The translations under genes were made by a program, and so were the position numbers. Shown here in pieces: positions 30,100-40,110 of a stretch of DNA of 64,000 nt. Every line of letters begins with the position of its first letter. Positions within the stretch are counted from its first letter, which is position 1. Under the pieces are notes generated by a model. It saw nothing but the letters and a program-made list of their open reading frames with translations, ran no database searches and was not told the origin of the DNA. The DNA is from Desulfurobacterium pacificum (GTDB lineage: Bacteria; Aquificota; Aquificia; Desulfurobacteriales; Desulfurobacteriaceae): assembly GCF_900182835.1 (NCBI RefSeq), contig NZ_FXUB01000001.1:557954-621953 (forward strand). The letters are read 5' to 3'.

Positions 30100-31148
30100 C
30101 CTGTCTGAAAGATTTAACGTTTAAGGAATTACAAGACTTTGTAACTTCCATAGGACTTGAAAAATACAGAGCAAAGCAGATTGCTCAGTGGCTCTACAAA
30201 AAGAGAGTCAAATCTTTTGACGAAATGACAAACATTTCAAAGCAGACAAGAAAGCTCCTTTCTGAGAAAGCAAAGATAGATGCCCTGAAACTGGTAAAAG
30301 TGGAAGAATCATCCGATGGAACGAAAAAATACCTTTTTGAACTTGAAGACGGCAACAGAATAGAGTCAGTTTTCATACCGGAAAGAGACTGGAACACGCT
30401 CTGCGTTTCTACTCAGGTTGGATGCCCGATAGGTTGCAAGTTCTGCCTTACCGCAAAGGACGGATTTGCAAGGAACTTAACAACAGCAGAAATCGTTGAC
30501 CAATATATACAGGTTCAAAGAGATGTGGGTGAGGAAAACCGCATTTCCAACGTAGTATTTATGGGAATGGGAGAGCCGCTTTTAAACTTTGATAACGTCA
30601 GGAAAGCCGTAGAAATCATGACGGACAAAAACATGCTTGACCTTTCAACAAGAAAGGTAACGATTTCCACAGTAGGAATAATTCCCGGAATAGAGAGAAT
30701 GGCTAAAGAGATGAACAAAGTTAAGCTCGCCATTTCTCTCCACGCAACAACAGACGAAGTAAGGGATAAGTTAGTGCCGATAAACAAAAGGTATCCCATA
30801 AAAGAACTTTTCAAAGCATTAAGAAAGTATCCGGCAGACAACGTAAGAAGAATAATGATTGAATACGTGATGCTAAAGGGCGTTAACGATTCAGAAGAAG
30901 ACGCTAAAAGACTTGTTAAGTTAGTAAAAGGCATCCCTGTAAAAGTCAATCTGATACCCTTTAATCCATATCCGGGCGCTGAGTTTGAACCTTCACCGCG
31001 CAGCCAGATAGAGAAATTTCAAAAAATCCTGTGGGACAACAACGTTGCAGCGTTTATAAGGGATTCAAGAGGACAGGACATTTCGGCTGCCTGCGGAATG
31101 CTCAGAACGAAGGAAAAGAACCAGTTAGCTCAAAATATATCTTCCTGA
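30096..31148 (+). CDS. rlmN: 23S rRNA/tRNA adenine-C2 methyltransferase, radical SAM.
   Basis: CPIGCKFC radical-SAM motif and the RlmN/Cfr family pattern. Confidence 0.85.
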   Translation: MTCLKDLTFKELQDFVTSIGLEKYRAKQIAQWLYKKRVKSFDEMTNISKQTRKLLSEKAKIDALKLVKVEESSDGTKKYLFELEDGNRIESVFIPERDWNTLCVSTQVGCPIGCKFCLTAKDGFARNLTTAEIVDQYIQVQRDVGEENRISNVVFMGMGEPLLNFDNVRKAVEIMTDKNMLDLSTRKVTISTVGIIPGIERMAKEMNKVKLAISLHATTDEVRDKLVPINKRYPIKELFKALRKYPADNVRRIMIEYVMLKGVNDSEEDAKRLVKLVKGIPVKVNLIPFNPYPGAEFEPSPRSQIEKFQKILWDNNVAAFIRDSRGQDISAACGMLRTKEKNQLAQNISS

Positions 31149-31515
31149 AAAAATCCCTGTCTTTGAGGCCCGGGTGGGGGATTTTCAGGCGGGGCGTGCT
31201 AATTTTCACTTCATCGTAAGTTATTATGTCCACATCTATTACTCTGGGACCCCACCGATAAGTAGGATACCTGCCTACCTGTTTCTCTATCCACTTAGCA
31301 AGGTAAAGGAGTTCCTGAGGAGGATGAAAAGTTTCCATTAAAATGCCTGTATTGAGAAATGGAGGCTGTTTTTCCACTCCAAACGGCGTAGTTTCGTAAA
31401 TGTCCGTTCTTTTCAGTATTTTTCCCGCTTCTTTCTCTAAAAAGTAAACAGCTCTTTCAAGGTTAGTTAGCCTGTTTCCTAAATTACTGCCTAAAATAAA
31501 AACTACTTCTGCCAT
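31102..31515 (-). CDS. folK: 6-hydroxymethyl-7,8-dihydropterin pyrophosphokinase (HPPK).
   Basis: VFILGSNLGNR ... RWGPRVIDVDII motifs. Confidence 0.8.
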   Translation of the reverse strand: MAEVVFILGSNLGNRLTNLERAVYFLEKEAGKILKRTDIYETTPFGVEKQPPFLNTGILMETFHPPQELLYLAKWIEKQVGRYPTYRWGPRVIDVDIITYDEVKISTPRLKIPHPGLKDRDFFRKIYFELTGSFPSF

Positions 31516-32498
31516 TTATCGTTCAACCACATATGGAAATTGCTGCTTTGGGGAACGTTAAGGAAGAGTTTAATGTTGGGGTTCTTTGAAAGGCTTTCTG
31601 CTATCTTCTCTTGAACGTTAAGTTCCTTCCACTTGAGAACAGCTTTATTGATAGACTTTGACAGCATTTCGTTAGCCTTGGCTTCCGCTTCTGCTTTCTT
31701 CAGCCTTGCTTCTGCTTCCGCTTTTGCCTGAATTACCCTCTGTTCAGCTTCTGCCTGTGCTTTTATAACTTTCTGTATCTTTTCCGTTTCCGCCTGTATT
31801 TTCTTAACTTCTTGTTCGCGTTTTGCCTGCTCTTCAACGTACTTCATTCTTTCAGCTTCCTGTTTTGCAAGCTGAACTTCTTTTATCTTTTTCTGAATCT
31901 CTGGAGGGAGAAGAATATTTCTAAGCTGAACACCTACCACCTGAACAGCCTTTTGAGATTGCTTCGCAATTTCACTTCTTATTCCCTGCTCTATCTTAGT
32001 GGCTATTTCCGTTCTTTTAGTCGGAATGGTCTCTGCTGGGTAGTTACCTATTACGTCTCTAACTACTTCTCTAACTATAGGATTAACCAATTTTTCTTCC
32101 CAGTTCCAGCCCCACCTTTCAAGGGTTTCTGCTGCCTGGTCGGGCATCAACCTATACTGCGTAGTGAGTTCTACTTCTATAGGCAACCCTCTCTCATCTA
32201 AAACGGTTATGGCAGGCTTGTTTATTATGCCTTCTTTGTCGGTTAAATCTCTTGTGCCTTTGTAGTTGATGGTGTGGATTTTTACGTCAACCTTTCTTAT
32301 ATCTTGAATGAGAGGCATCTTAAAGTGAAGTCCAGGAGGTAATTCATGAGGGTCGTACTTACCTAAAGTAATCTTTACGCCTACCTGTCCAGATTCTATT
32401 GTTTCAAATGGCTTGAATACACCAAAAGCAAACATAAGAACGAAAAATATTCCCAACAATCCTGCGAATTTTCTAAGTTCAGGCGGAGCTTCTTTCAC
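31503..32498 (-). CDS. SPFH/band-7 (prohibitin/HflK-C-like) membrane protein with a coiled-coil C-terminus.
   Basis: N-terminal TM helix, SPFH core and a K/E-rich coiled coil. Confidence 0.75.
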   Translation of the reverse strand: MKEAPPELRKFAGLLGIFFVLMFAFGVFKPFETIESGQVGVKITLGKYDPHELPPGLHFKMPLIQDIRKVDVKIHTINYKGTRDLTDKEGIINKPAITVLDERGLPIEVELTTQYRLMPDQAAETLERWGWNWEEKLVNPIVREVVRDVIGNYPAETIPTKRTEIATKIEQGIRSEIAKQSQKAVQVVGVQLRNILLPPEIQKKIKEVQLAKQEAERMKYVEEQAKREQEVKKIQAETEKIQKVIKAQAEAEQRVIQAKAEAEARLKKAEAEAKANEMLSKSINKAVLKWKELNVQEKIAESLSKNPNIKLFLNVPQSSNFHMWLNDKWQK

Positions 32499-32998
32499 TA
32501 TTTAACCTCTTCTTTAAGAATTTCTATCAACAGCTTTAACGCTTTTTTGGCAGCTTTCCTCCTTCTGTGGTTACGGCGCTTAACTTCATCCGGGTCATCA
32601 TCTTTAAAGATAAACTTAAACACTTCTACTCTATCCTTTACTGCTACACCAATGTAGGTTAAACCGACAGGCTTTTCTTCCGTTCCACCGGAAGGTCCTG
32701 CTATTCCGGTAGTGGAAATAGCACAATCGGTATTCATAAGTTCCTTAACGCCTAAAACCATTTCTCTCGCTGTTTCTTCACTAACTGCACCGTATTTGAG
32801 TAACGTTTCTGCCTTAACGTTTAAAACCTTCATCTTTATGTGGTTATCGTATGCAACTACACCACCCATAAAGTATTCTGAACTTCCAGGAACGTTAACG
32901 ATTCTGGCTGCCACTAAACCACCGGTGCAACTTTCAGCCGTAGAAAGTTTCAATCCAGCCTTTGTTAAAAGCTCTTTAAGTTCAAATTCCGGTTTCAT
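32498..32998 (-). CDS. pncC: CinA C-terminal domain protein (NMN amidohydrolase PncC-like).
   Basis: [16 protein letters not shown] motif. Confidence 0.8.
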   Translation of the reverse strand: MKPEFELKELLTKAGLKLSTAESCTGGLVAARIVNVPGSSEYFMGGVVAYDNHIKMKVLNVKAETLLKYGAVSEETAREMVLGVKELMNTDCAISTTGIAGPSGGTEEKPVGLTYIGVAVKDRVEVFKFIFKDDDPDEVKRRNHRRRKAAKKALKLLIEILKEEVK

Positions 32999-33071
32999 GA
33001 CTTAACTCCGTAGATAGTTATAATTATTCTAACATCACGCTTCACGTTTAAAACAATAAAGGAACTGCAGT

Positions 33072-33374
33072 ATGAAAAAGGAAGAGGTAATAAAAATCCT
33101 GCAAAAACACAGGAAAGATATAGAGAAGTTCGGCGTAAAAAGAATCGGCTTGTTCGGCTCTGTGGCAAGAGATAAAGCTAACGAGAAGAGCGATATTGAT
33201 TTTGTTGTTGAGTTTGGAAAAGGGAAAGCCACATTCAAAAATTTCGGGGGATTGATTGAGTTTTTGGAAAACCTTTTCCACAGAGAAATGGATATTTTAA
33301 CACCAGAAGGAATCAAAAGCATAAGAATTAAATCCGTAAGGGAAAGAATAAAAAAAGAGGTAGAGTATGTTTGA
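33072..33374 (+). CDS. MntA-like minimal nucleotidyltransferase (Pol-beta superfamily), HepT/MntA antitoxin type.
   Basis: GLFGSVARDKANEKSDIDFVVEF, i.e. GS...D.D nucleotidyltransferase motif. Confidence 0.7.
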   Translation: MKKEEVIKILQKHRKDIEKFGVKRIGLFGSVARDKANEKSDIDFVVEFGKGKATFKNFGGLIEFLENLFHREMDILTPEGIKSIRIKSVRERIKKEVEYV

Positions 33375-33407
33375 CAGAAGCAACAAGGAGTTTGTCATAA
33401 ATCTAGT

Positions 33408-34526
33408 ATGGAGGAAAATAGAATGTTTTCTCTACCAGAACACATAAAAAAAGTTCACGTTTACGAACCTGGAAAACCGGAAGATGAACTGAAAAGAGAG
33501 TTAGAACTAAAAGAAATAGTCAAGTTGGCTTCAAACGAAAATCCCCTCGGCCCCTCCCCCGCAGCCGTCAGAGCAATCATTGAAGACCTGAAAAACCTCA
33601 ATCGCTATCCAGACGGAAATTCCTACTACCTCAAAAAAGCCCTCGCAGAACATTTAAACGTTGAAATTGAAAATATCTTTGTAGGTTTGGGTTCTAACGA
33701 AGCGCTGGATATCATCTCAAGAGCATACTTAAGACCTGGCAAAAACGCCGTTTACAGCGAAAAATCCTTCGCCGTTTACCCCATAGTCGTTCAGCTTGCA
33801 GGCGCAGAGCATAAAGTTGTAAAAGCTAAAGATAACTACTATATGGACCTGAAAGCGCACCTTGATGCAATAGACGAAAACACAGCAGTGGTGTTTTTAG
33901 CAAACCCAAACAACCCGACAGGAACGGCATTTACAAGAAAAGAGTTTGAAGAGTTTTTAAAAGAGTTCCCCAACGACGTTCTGCTCGTTTTAGATGAAGC
34001 TTATTACGAATACGCCGTAGGAGCAGGTTTTGATATAGAAAACGGCGTTGAATACATTCACGAAAAGAACATAGTGGTAACGAGAACGTTTTCAAAAATT
34101 TACGGACTTGCAGGTTTAAGGTTAGGATACGCCGTTGCTAAAAAGGAAATAATAGAAGACATGAACAGAATCAGACAGCCCTTTAACGTAACAAGACCTG
34201 CACAGGTAGGCGGCGTTGCAGCGTTAGAAGATAAGATGTTTATCAAACATTCTCAGGTGGTAAACGAAGAAGGCAAGAAGTATCTATACGAGCAGTTTGA
34301 AAAGTTAGGGCTTGAATACGTTCCAACCTACGCAAACTTCATACTGGTAAAGGTAGGATTTCCCAGCAGAGAAGTATTCAACCGCCTGCTTAAAAAAGGC
34401 GTTATAGTCAGAGCTATGGACGGATACGGCTTCCCAGACCACATAAGAGTTACAATCGGAACGATGAAGGAAAACATCTTCTTCATCAACAAGCTTAAAG
34501 AGGTTTTAGAGGAGTTAAGAGGTTGA
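33408..34526 (+). CDS. hisC: Histidinol-phosphate aminotransferase.
   Basis: Class II aminotransferase pattern with a PLP lysine (FSKIYGLAGLRLGY). Confidence 0.85.
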   Translation: MEENRMFSLPEHIKKVHVYEPGKPEDELKRELELKEIVKLASNENPLGPSPAAVRAIIEDLKNLNRYPDGNSYYLKKALAEHLNVEIENIFVGLGSNEALDIISRAYLRPGKNAVYSEKSFAVYPIVVQLAGAEHKVVKAKDNYYMDLKAHLDAIDENTAVVFLANPNNPTGTAFTRKEFEEFLKEFPNDVLLVLDEAYYEYAVGAGFDIENGVEYIHEKNIVVTRTFSKIYGLAGLRLGYAVAKKEIIEDMNRIRQPFNVTRPAQVGGVAALEDKMFIKHSQVVNEEGKKYLYEQFEKLGLEYVPTYANFILVKVGFPSREVFNRLLKKGVIVRAMDGYGFPDHIRVTIGTMKENIFFINKLKEVLEELRG

Positions 34527-35701
34527 AGATAGCCCACATCTCAGACAGCCACACAGGATACGCCCAGTATAGACTTATAGAGAGAAAGAGAGACTTTTTA
34601 CTGGCGTTTGAAAGGGCAATAGATGAAAGCCTCAATAGAAAGGTTGACCTGATTATCCATACCGGAGACCTTTTTGAAAGTTACCAGCCGGACATGGCAA
34701 CATTTTCCGCCGTTATAAAGATTCTTCAAAAAGTTAAAAGTGCAGGTGTGGAATTTTTAGCCATAACGGGAAATCACGACAGGGCTTTAAGGGGTGGCGT
34801 CGTTCCGCCTCACAGAGTTTTAGAAGAGTTAGGACTGCTGAAGTTTCTCAATATTAAACCGGGAATTCCTGTAAAAGAACAGGTTTTTTCGGACGGCGAT
34901 TTTGTAATCGCTGGATTTCAATACCTTCCTAAAAGGCTGTTAGACGCTTTTAAAGAGGATATCTTCCCCTCACTTTCCGAATTAGCAGCAAAGAGCAAAA
35001 CGTCAATTCTGATGTTCCATCAGGGAATAAAGCAGTATCTACCTTACGAAGAAAGCTACGAGATGGACTTTGTTGACCTGCCGGAAGGGTTTGATTACTA
35101 CGCAGGCGGGCACGTTCACGCCTTCTTAAAGGAAAACGTCAAAGGGGGAATACTATCCTACGCAGGCGCTACGGAGTTCAGAAGCAGGAGAGAAGCTGAG
35201 AGGAATTTCAGGGGTTTCAACGTCTTTGATACAAAAGAGAAAAAGCTTGAGAGAATTGAATTGGAAGGTTTAAGACCTTTCATAGTTGTTAACTGTAACG
35301 AGGAAAACGTCAAAGAAGAGTTAGAAAAAGCTTTAAGCAGAGCCGAAGAAAGCGAGATTCCACCGATTGTTGTAGTTGATTACAAATTCAGAGGACTTGA
35401 AATTGAAACTTTCTCGGAAACTCTTAAATCTCTGGAAAAGGTTTCATTAACTTTGAGGATACTGAAAAAACGGCTGGAAGGAGAAGAAAAAGAGCTAACG
35501 GGCGGGAAAGGAAAAAGCTACGCCACGTTCTTGGAAGAGTTTATGAAAGAAAAAGGCGCTGGAAGCAGCGCCATAAAGGTTGCAAAAGAGCTTTTAGACG
35601 CATCGCCGGAACACGTAGAAGAGATTTTAAAGGCTTTCTCGTTTGAGATGACGGGAAGCGAGAGGCTAAAGGAATTTTTGGATGGGGTGGGGGATTTTTA
35701 A
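34523..35701 (+). CDS. Mre11/SbcD-like metallophosphoesterase (DNA repair exonuclease family).
   Basis: MKIAHISDSHTG, GDLFE and GNHD calcineurin-like motifs. Confidence 0.7.
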   Translation: MKIAHISDSHTGYAQYRLIERKRDFLLAFERAIDESLNRKVDLIIHTGDLFESYQPDMATFSAVIKILQKVKSAGVEFLAITGNHDRALRGGVVPPHRVLEELGLLKFLNIKPGIPVKEQVFSDGDFVIAGFQYLPKRLLDAFKEDIFPSLSELAAKSKTSILMFHQGIKQYLPYEESYEMDFVDLPEGFDYYAGGHVHAFLKENVKGGILSYAGATEFRSRREAERNFRGFNVFDTKEKKLERIELEGLRPFIVVNCNEENVKEELEKALSRAEESEIPPIVVVDYKFRGLEIETFSETLKSLEKVSLTLRILKKRLEGEEKELTGGKGKSYATFLEEFMKEKGAGSSAIKVAKELLDASPEHVEEILKAFSFEMTGSERLKEFLDGVGDF

Positions 35702-36407
35702 CCTTTTAGCCGACGTTCTATTCCCTTCCTACTGCGCCGTTTGCGGAAAAGTTTTAATCGGAAAGGATAACTACGCCGTTGCCTGCAGAGATTGCTGGAA
35801 CGAACACTTTAAAGCCTACAAAGGCGTAAAGTGCCTGATTTGCGGACATCCGGTTGAAAAGCTGCCGGGGAGCGGAAACCTGTGCAAAAGGTGTCTTGAA
35901 AGCGGCAGGAGGTTTTACTTTGAGGGGGTGGATTTTTTCGGCATCTACGAAGGGCTTATAGAATACGCCATTTATGAGCTGAAGTTTGAAAAAAACCTGC
36001 CGGTTGCAGGGTTCATAGGAAAGGAAATCAGCAGGCAGCTGAACAGTTTTGCCCTGAAAAATCGGGTTGATGTAATCACGTTCGTGCCCGTATCTGAAGA
36101 AAGGAAAAGAGAAAGAGGCTACGACCAGTGCGAAGAAATTTTGAAAGCAACCGGTATTAAATTTGAAAGCTTATTAGAAAAAACGTTTGAAACTGAAAGA
36201 CAGGCTACTCTTGAATTCTCTAAAAGGCGGGAAAACGTAAAAGGATGCTTCAGGGTTAACAGAAACGTAAAAGGAAAGAGAGTTCTACTCTTTGACGATG
36301 TCTTCACAACCGGCGCAACGGCAAACGAAGCGGCAAAAACTCTGAAAGAAGCAGGAGCAGAAAGGGTTTTTGTATTTACAGTAGCCTACACCGTTTTAGG
36401 AAAATAG
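35682..36407 (+). CDS. comF: ComF-family phosphoribosyltransferase-domain protein.
   Basis: N-terminal Cys zinc finger (CAVCGK..C..C) and a C-terminal PRTase motif VLLFDDVFTTGAT. Confidence 0.7.
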   Translation: MGWGIFNLLADVLFPSYCAVCGKVLIGKDNYAVACRDCWNEHFKAYKGVKCLICGHPVEKLPGSGNLCKRCLESGRRFYFEGVDFFGIYEGLIEYAIYELKFEKNLPVAGFIGKEISRQLNSFALKNRVDVITFVPVSEERKRERGYDQCEEILKATGIKFESLLEKTFETERQATLEFSKRRENVKGCFRVNRNVKGKRVLLFDDVFTTGATANEAAKTLKEAGAERVFVFTVAYTVLGK

Positions 36408-37352
36408 AAGACACGCAACTTTCCTGCCGTTTTCCACCACTATCGGTTTCATGTCAAATGAAAGGCACTCTTTCTTTCGGTAAGAGCATCTAAAGTAGAA
36501 AGGACATCCACTTTCTGGAACTTTTTCATCGTCAGTAGATATTACCCTCTTTTTCTTCAAACCTATTTGCGGAACAGGGGTGGATTCAACTAAAAGCTTG
36601 GTATACGGATGCAGGGGAGATGAGATAACGTCTTCGGTTCTACCCTCTTCAACGACATAACCTTTATACATCACGATAACTCTGTCGCTTACGGCTTCCA
36701 CGGTAGGCAGAGAGTGAGAGATAAAGAAATAGCTCATTCCAAACTTTTCCTGAAGGTCAAGAAAAAGGTTGACAATCTGCGCCTGAACGGAAACGTCAAG
36801 TGCTGAAGTGGGTTCATCTGCAACTATGAGTTTTGGCTTTAAAGCAACTGCCCGGGCGATGGCAAGGCGCTGCTTTTGACCGCCGGAAAGCTGGTGAGGG
36901 TAACTCTCAAGAGCGTTTAAAGGAAGGTTAACTAATTCTATAAGTTCTCTGGCTTTTTCCTTCAATTCCTTCTTTATATAAGCGTAGTTTATCTTTAAAC
37001 CTTCCGTAACGATTTCCCAGCCTTTCATTCTTGGGTTTAAAGAACCCTGAGGGTTCTGGAAGACTGCCTGAACGTTAAGCCTGTAGTTTCTATACTCTTT
37101 GCCTTTCAGAAAACGAATGTTTTTACCCAGATACCTGATTTCGCCCTTTGTGGGTTTTTCAAGGTCAAGGATGGTTTTGGCGAGGGTGGATTTTCCGCAA
37201 CCGCTTTCACCTATAACGCCAAGCGTTTCCCCTTCCTTCACGTAAACGCTAACGTCCCTTAAAGCCACCAACTTTTCTATCGTTCTGCCAAACCAGTCTT
37301 TTTTAACCGGAAATTCTTTAGTTACATTAATCGTTTCTATTAACTTTTCCAA
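36396..37352 (-). CDS. ABC transporter ATP-binding protein (oligopeptide/dipeptide OppF/DppF type).
   Basis: Walker A GESGCGKST, signature LSGGQKQR, Walker B LIVADEPTSALD, and a C-terminal oligopeptide-type extension. Confidence 0.8.
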   Translation of the reverse strand: MEKLIETINVTKEFPVKKDWFGRTIEKLVALRDVSVYVKEGETLGVIGESGCGKSTLAKTILDLEKPTKGEIRYLGKNIRFLKGKEYRNYRLNVQAVFQNPQGSLNPRMKGWEIVTEGLKINYAYIKKELKEKARELIELVNLPLNALESYPHQLSGGQKQRLAIARAVALKPKLIVADEPTSALDVSVQAQIVNLFLDLQEKFGMSYFFISHSLPTVEAVSDRVIVMYKGYVVEEGRTEDVISSPLHPYTKLLVESTPVPQIGLKKKRVISTDDEKVPESGCPFYFRCSYRKKECLSFDMKPIVVENGRKVACLLFS

Positions 37353-37415
37353 AACCTACCTCTCAATTAATCGCCTAAATTATAACTGGTAGAATTCCTT
37401 TAACAGGAGTGCAGG

Positions 37416-37601
37416 TTGAAAGAGAAGAAAATAAAATGCCCCAACTGCGGTAGAGAAACGGAATGGAAAGGTAATCCGTTTCGCCCTTTCTGTTCTGAAA
37501 AGTGTAAGTTAGCAGACTTGAACAAATGGTTTAACGAAGAATACGCCATAGAAGGTGCTGTAGGAAATGAAGAATCAGAAGAAGTTGACACCGGCTCTTA
37601 A
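37416..37601 (+). CDS. yacG: DNA gyrase inhibitor YacG (zinc ribbon).
   Basis: CPNCGRE...FCSEKCKLADLNKW pattern. Confidence 0.7.
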   Translation: MKEKKIKCPNCGRETEWKGNPFRPFCSEKCKLADLNKWFNEEYAIEGAVGNEESEEVDTGS

Positions 37602-40110
37602 ACAGTATCTTGACCTGAAAGAGAAGTTCAAAGATGCAATCTTAATGTTCAGAATGGGTGACTTCTACGAAATGTTCTTTGAAGACGCAAAAGTAGCAGC
37701 AAAGGAACTGGAAATTGCCCTGACTTCAAGACCTTTTGGAAAGAATAGTGCCAAAGTCCCCATGTGCGGCGTTCCCTATCACGCTGTGGAAAACTACATA
37801 ACCAAACTGGTGAAAAAGGGCTACAAAGTTGCCATATGCGAGCAGTTAGAAGAACCAAAGCCTGGTAAAAAGGTCGTTGACAGAGACGTAGTCAGAGTTA
37901 TCACGCCCGGCACTTACTTTGAAGATGAAACGGAAGACAGATTCTTAATGGCAATATATCCGTTCAAAGGCAACTACTGCGTGGCGTGGTGCGAATTGGG
38001 AACAGGTGATTACCTTTTTACAACAGTTAATAAAAAGGAACTTCTGTCAATACTATCAAAGTTTAAGCCACGAGAAATCATCATTCCCAACACTTCTTCA
38101 ATTCATTCGCTAATAAAAGAAGCTCTTCCTCATGCCTCTATCGTTGAAAGAGAACCTTGCCTTTTTTCAGAAAAGGAAACAGTAATAGATGCAGAAAACA
38201 AAGGTGAAGTAAAAGCTATTTCTGCTCTCTCAGAGTTCGTTAAAGAAACCCAGAAAGAGTTTATACCCAAACTTAAAACTCCCCGTAAATACACAGGCAA
38301 CAGATACGTTTATATTGACCCTCAAACGCAGAAAAACCTTGAGCTTATAGAACCTGCTTTCGGCGACAACGACAAAGCATCTCTATTCGGCGTTTTAAAC
38401 AGAACAAAAACAGGAATGGGCAGAAGACTCTTAAAGTTCTGGATATTACATCCTTTAAGGGACATAAAAGAAATACAAAAACGCCTGAATGCTGTAGAGG
38501 AATTAACTAAAAACTACGAAACTTTAGAAAAACTTTCTTCAACGCTATCCCGAATATACGACCTGGAAAGATTACTATCCAAGATTACGTCTGGCATAGC
38601 CAACCCAAGAGAAATTGCCGCCTTAAGAAACTCTTTAAGTATACTTCCACAGCTCTTTCAGGAAATGTCCCAACTATCATCAACGCTATTTTCAGAAATA
38701 AAGAACGACTTTGACGACCTCTACGATATCTACTGCGAAATAGAAAGGGTTTTAGTAGAAAATCCCCCCACCTCTCCCAAAGAAGGCGGACTGATTAAAG
38801 AAGGCGTCAACGAAGAGTTAGATGAATTGAGAAAACTGAAAAGTCAGGCAGAATCAATCATAAGAGAGATAGAAGAAAGAGAAAGACAGAGAACAGGCAT
38901 ATCAAGCCTAAAAGTAGGCTACAACAACGTTTTCGGATACTACATAGAAGTTTCCAGACCAAACCTTCACCTGATTCCTGAAGATTACATAAGAAAACAA
39001 ACACTGGTCAATGCAGAAAGGTTTATAACGCCAGAACTAAAAGAGTTTGAAGAGAAAATCCTCTCCGCCCAGGAAAGAATAGAAAAGATAGAGTATGAAC
39101 TCTTCTCCAACCTACGCCAATTCATAACAGACAACGCCCACAGAATAATGAAAACGGCAGAGAAAGTCGCCCTCATAGATGTCCTTCAATCCTTAGCCGC
39201 CGTTGCAGTTGAAAGAGACTACACAAAACCTGAAGTAAAAGAAAGCTTCTCAATCTACATAGAAGAAGGTAAACACCCGGTTCTTGAAAAGTTCTTGGAA
39301 GAAGATTTCATTCCAAATACCACCGCCCTCACCCCCGAAAGTTACATCCTCATCGTTACAGGACCGAACATGGGCGGAAAATCGGTATTCCTGCGTCAGA
39401 CAGCCCTCATAACACTAATGGCACAAATAGGCTCTTTTGTGCCAGCCCAAAAGGCAAAAATAGGCATCGTTGACAGGATATTTTCCCGTATTGGCGCTGC
39501 AGACAACCTAAGCAAGGGGCTTTCAACCTTTATGATGGAAATGGTAGAAACTGCCAACATCCTGAAAAACGCCACAGAAAACAGCCTCATAATACTTGAT
39601 GAAATCGGAAGGGGAACGAGCACCTACGACGGCATGAGCATCGCAAGAGCTGTGGTGGAATACATCTCAGAAAAACTTTCTGCAAAAACTCTCTTTGCAA
39701 CCCACTACCATGAACTTACAGAACTTGAAGGAACGGTGAAAGGCATCAAAAACTTTCACGTTTCCGTAGAAGAAATAAACGGCAGAATAGTATTCACCCA
39801 TAAAGTTTTGCCCGGAGCGTCGGAAAAGTCCTACGGCGTCCACGTTGCAGAGTTAGCAGGACTTCCAAAGGAAGTAATAAAGAGAGCCAAAGAAATCCTC
39901 AGCAGCCTTGAAGAGAAAACCGACTACCTCCCCCTGTTTCAAAATATCCCCACCTACAGCGAAACTACAGAGTTTGAAAACGAAATGGTAGAAAGGCTTT
40001 TAGAAGAGTTAGAATCCATTGAAATTTCCACCACAACACCCCTTGAAGCGCTCATGATACTGTCAAAGTTGAAAGAAATCGCTAAAACGGTGAAAAGAGG
40101 TGGACGTTGA
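37567..40110 (+). CDS. mutS: DNA mismatch repair protein MutS.
   Basis: TPALKQYLDLK N-terminus, Walker A GPNMGGKS and the HTH C-terminus. The annotated ATG overlaps yacG by 35 nt, and an in-frame TTG at about 37585 is an alternative start. Confidence 0.9.
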   Translation: MKNQKKLTPALKQYLDLKEKFKDAILMFRMGDFYEMFFEDAKVAAKELEIALTSRPFGKNSAKVPMCGVPYHAVENYITKLVKKGYKVAICEQLEEPKPGKKVVDRDVVRVITPGTYFEDETEDRFLMAIYPFKGNYCVAWCELGTGDYLFTTVNKKELLSILSKFKPREIIIPNTSSIHSLIKEALPHASIVEREPCLFSEKETVIDAENKGEVKAISALSEFVKETQKEFIPKLKTPRKYTGNRYVYIDPQTQKNLELIEPAFGDNDKASLFGVLNRTKTGMGRRLLKFWILHPLRDIKEIQKRLNAVEELTKNYETLEKLSSTLSRIYDLERLLSKITSGIANPREIAALRNSLSILPQLFQEMSQLSSTLFSEIKNDFDDLYDIYCEIERVLVENPPTSPKEGGLIKEGVNEELDELRKLKSQAESIIREIEERERQRTGISSLKVGYNNVFGYYIEVSRPNLHLIPEDYIRKQTLVNAERFITPELKEFEEKILSAQERIEKIEYELFSNLRQFITDNAHRIMKTAEKVALIDVLQSLAAVAVERDYTKPEVKESFSIYIEEGKHPVLEKFLEEDFIPNTTALTPESYILIVTGPNMGGKSVFLRQTALITLMAQIGSFVPAQKAKIGIVDRIFSRIGAADNLSKGLSTFMMEMVETANILKNATENSLIILDEIGRGTSTYDGMSIARAVVEYISEKLSAKTLFATHYHELTELEGTVKGIKNFHVSVEEINGRIVFTHKVLPGASEKSYGVHVAELAGLPKEVIKRAKEILSSLEEKTDYLPLFQNIPTYSETTEFENEMVERLLEELESIEISTTTPLEALMILSKLKEIAKTVKRGGR

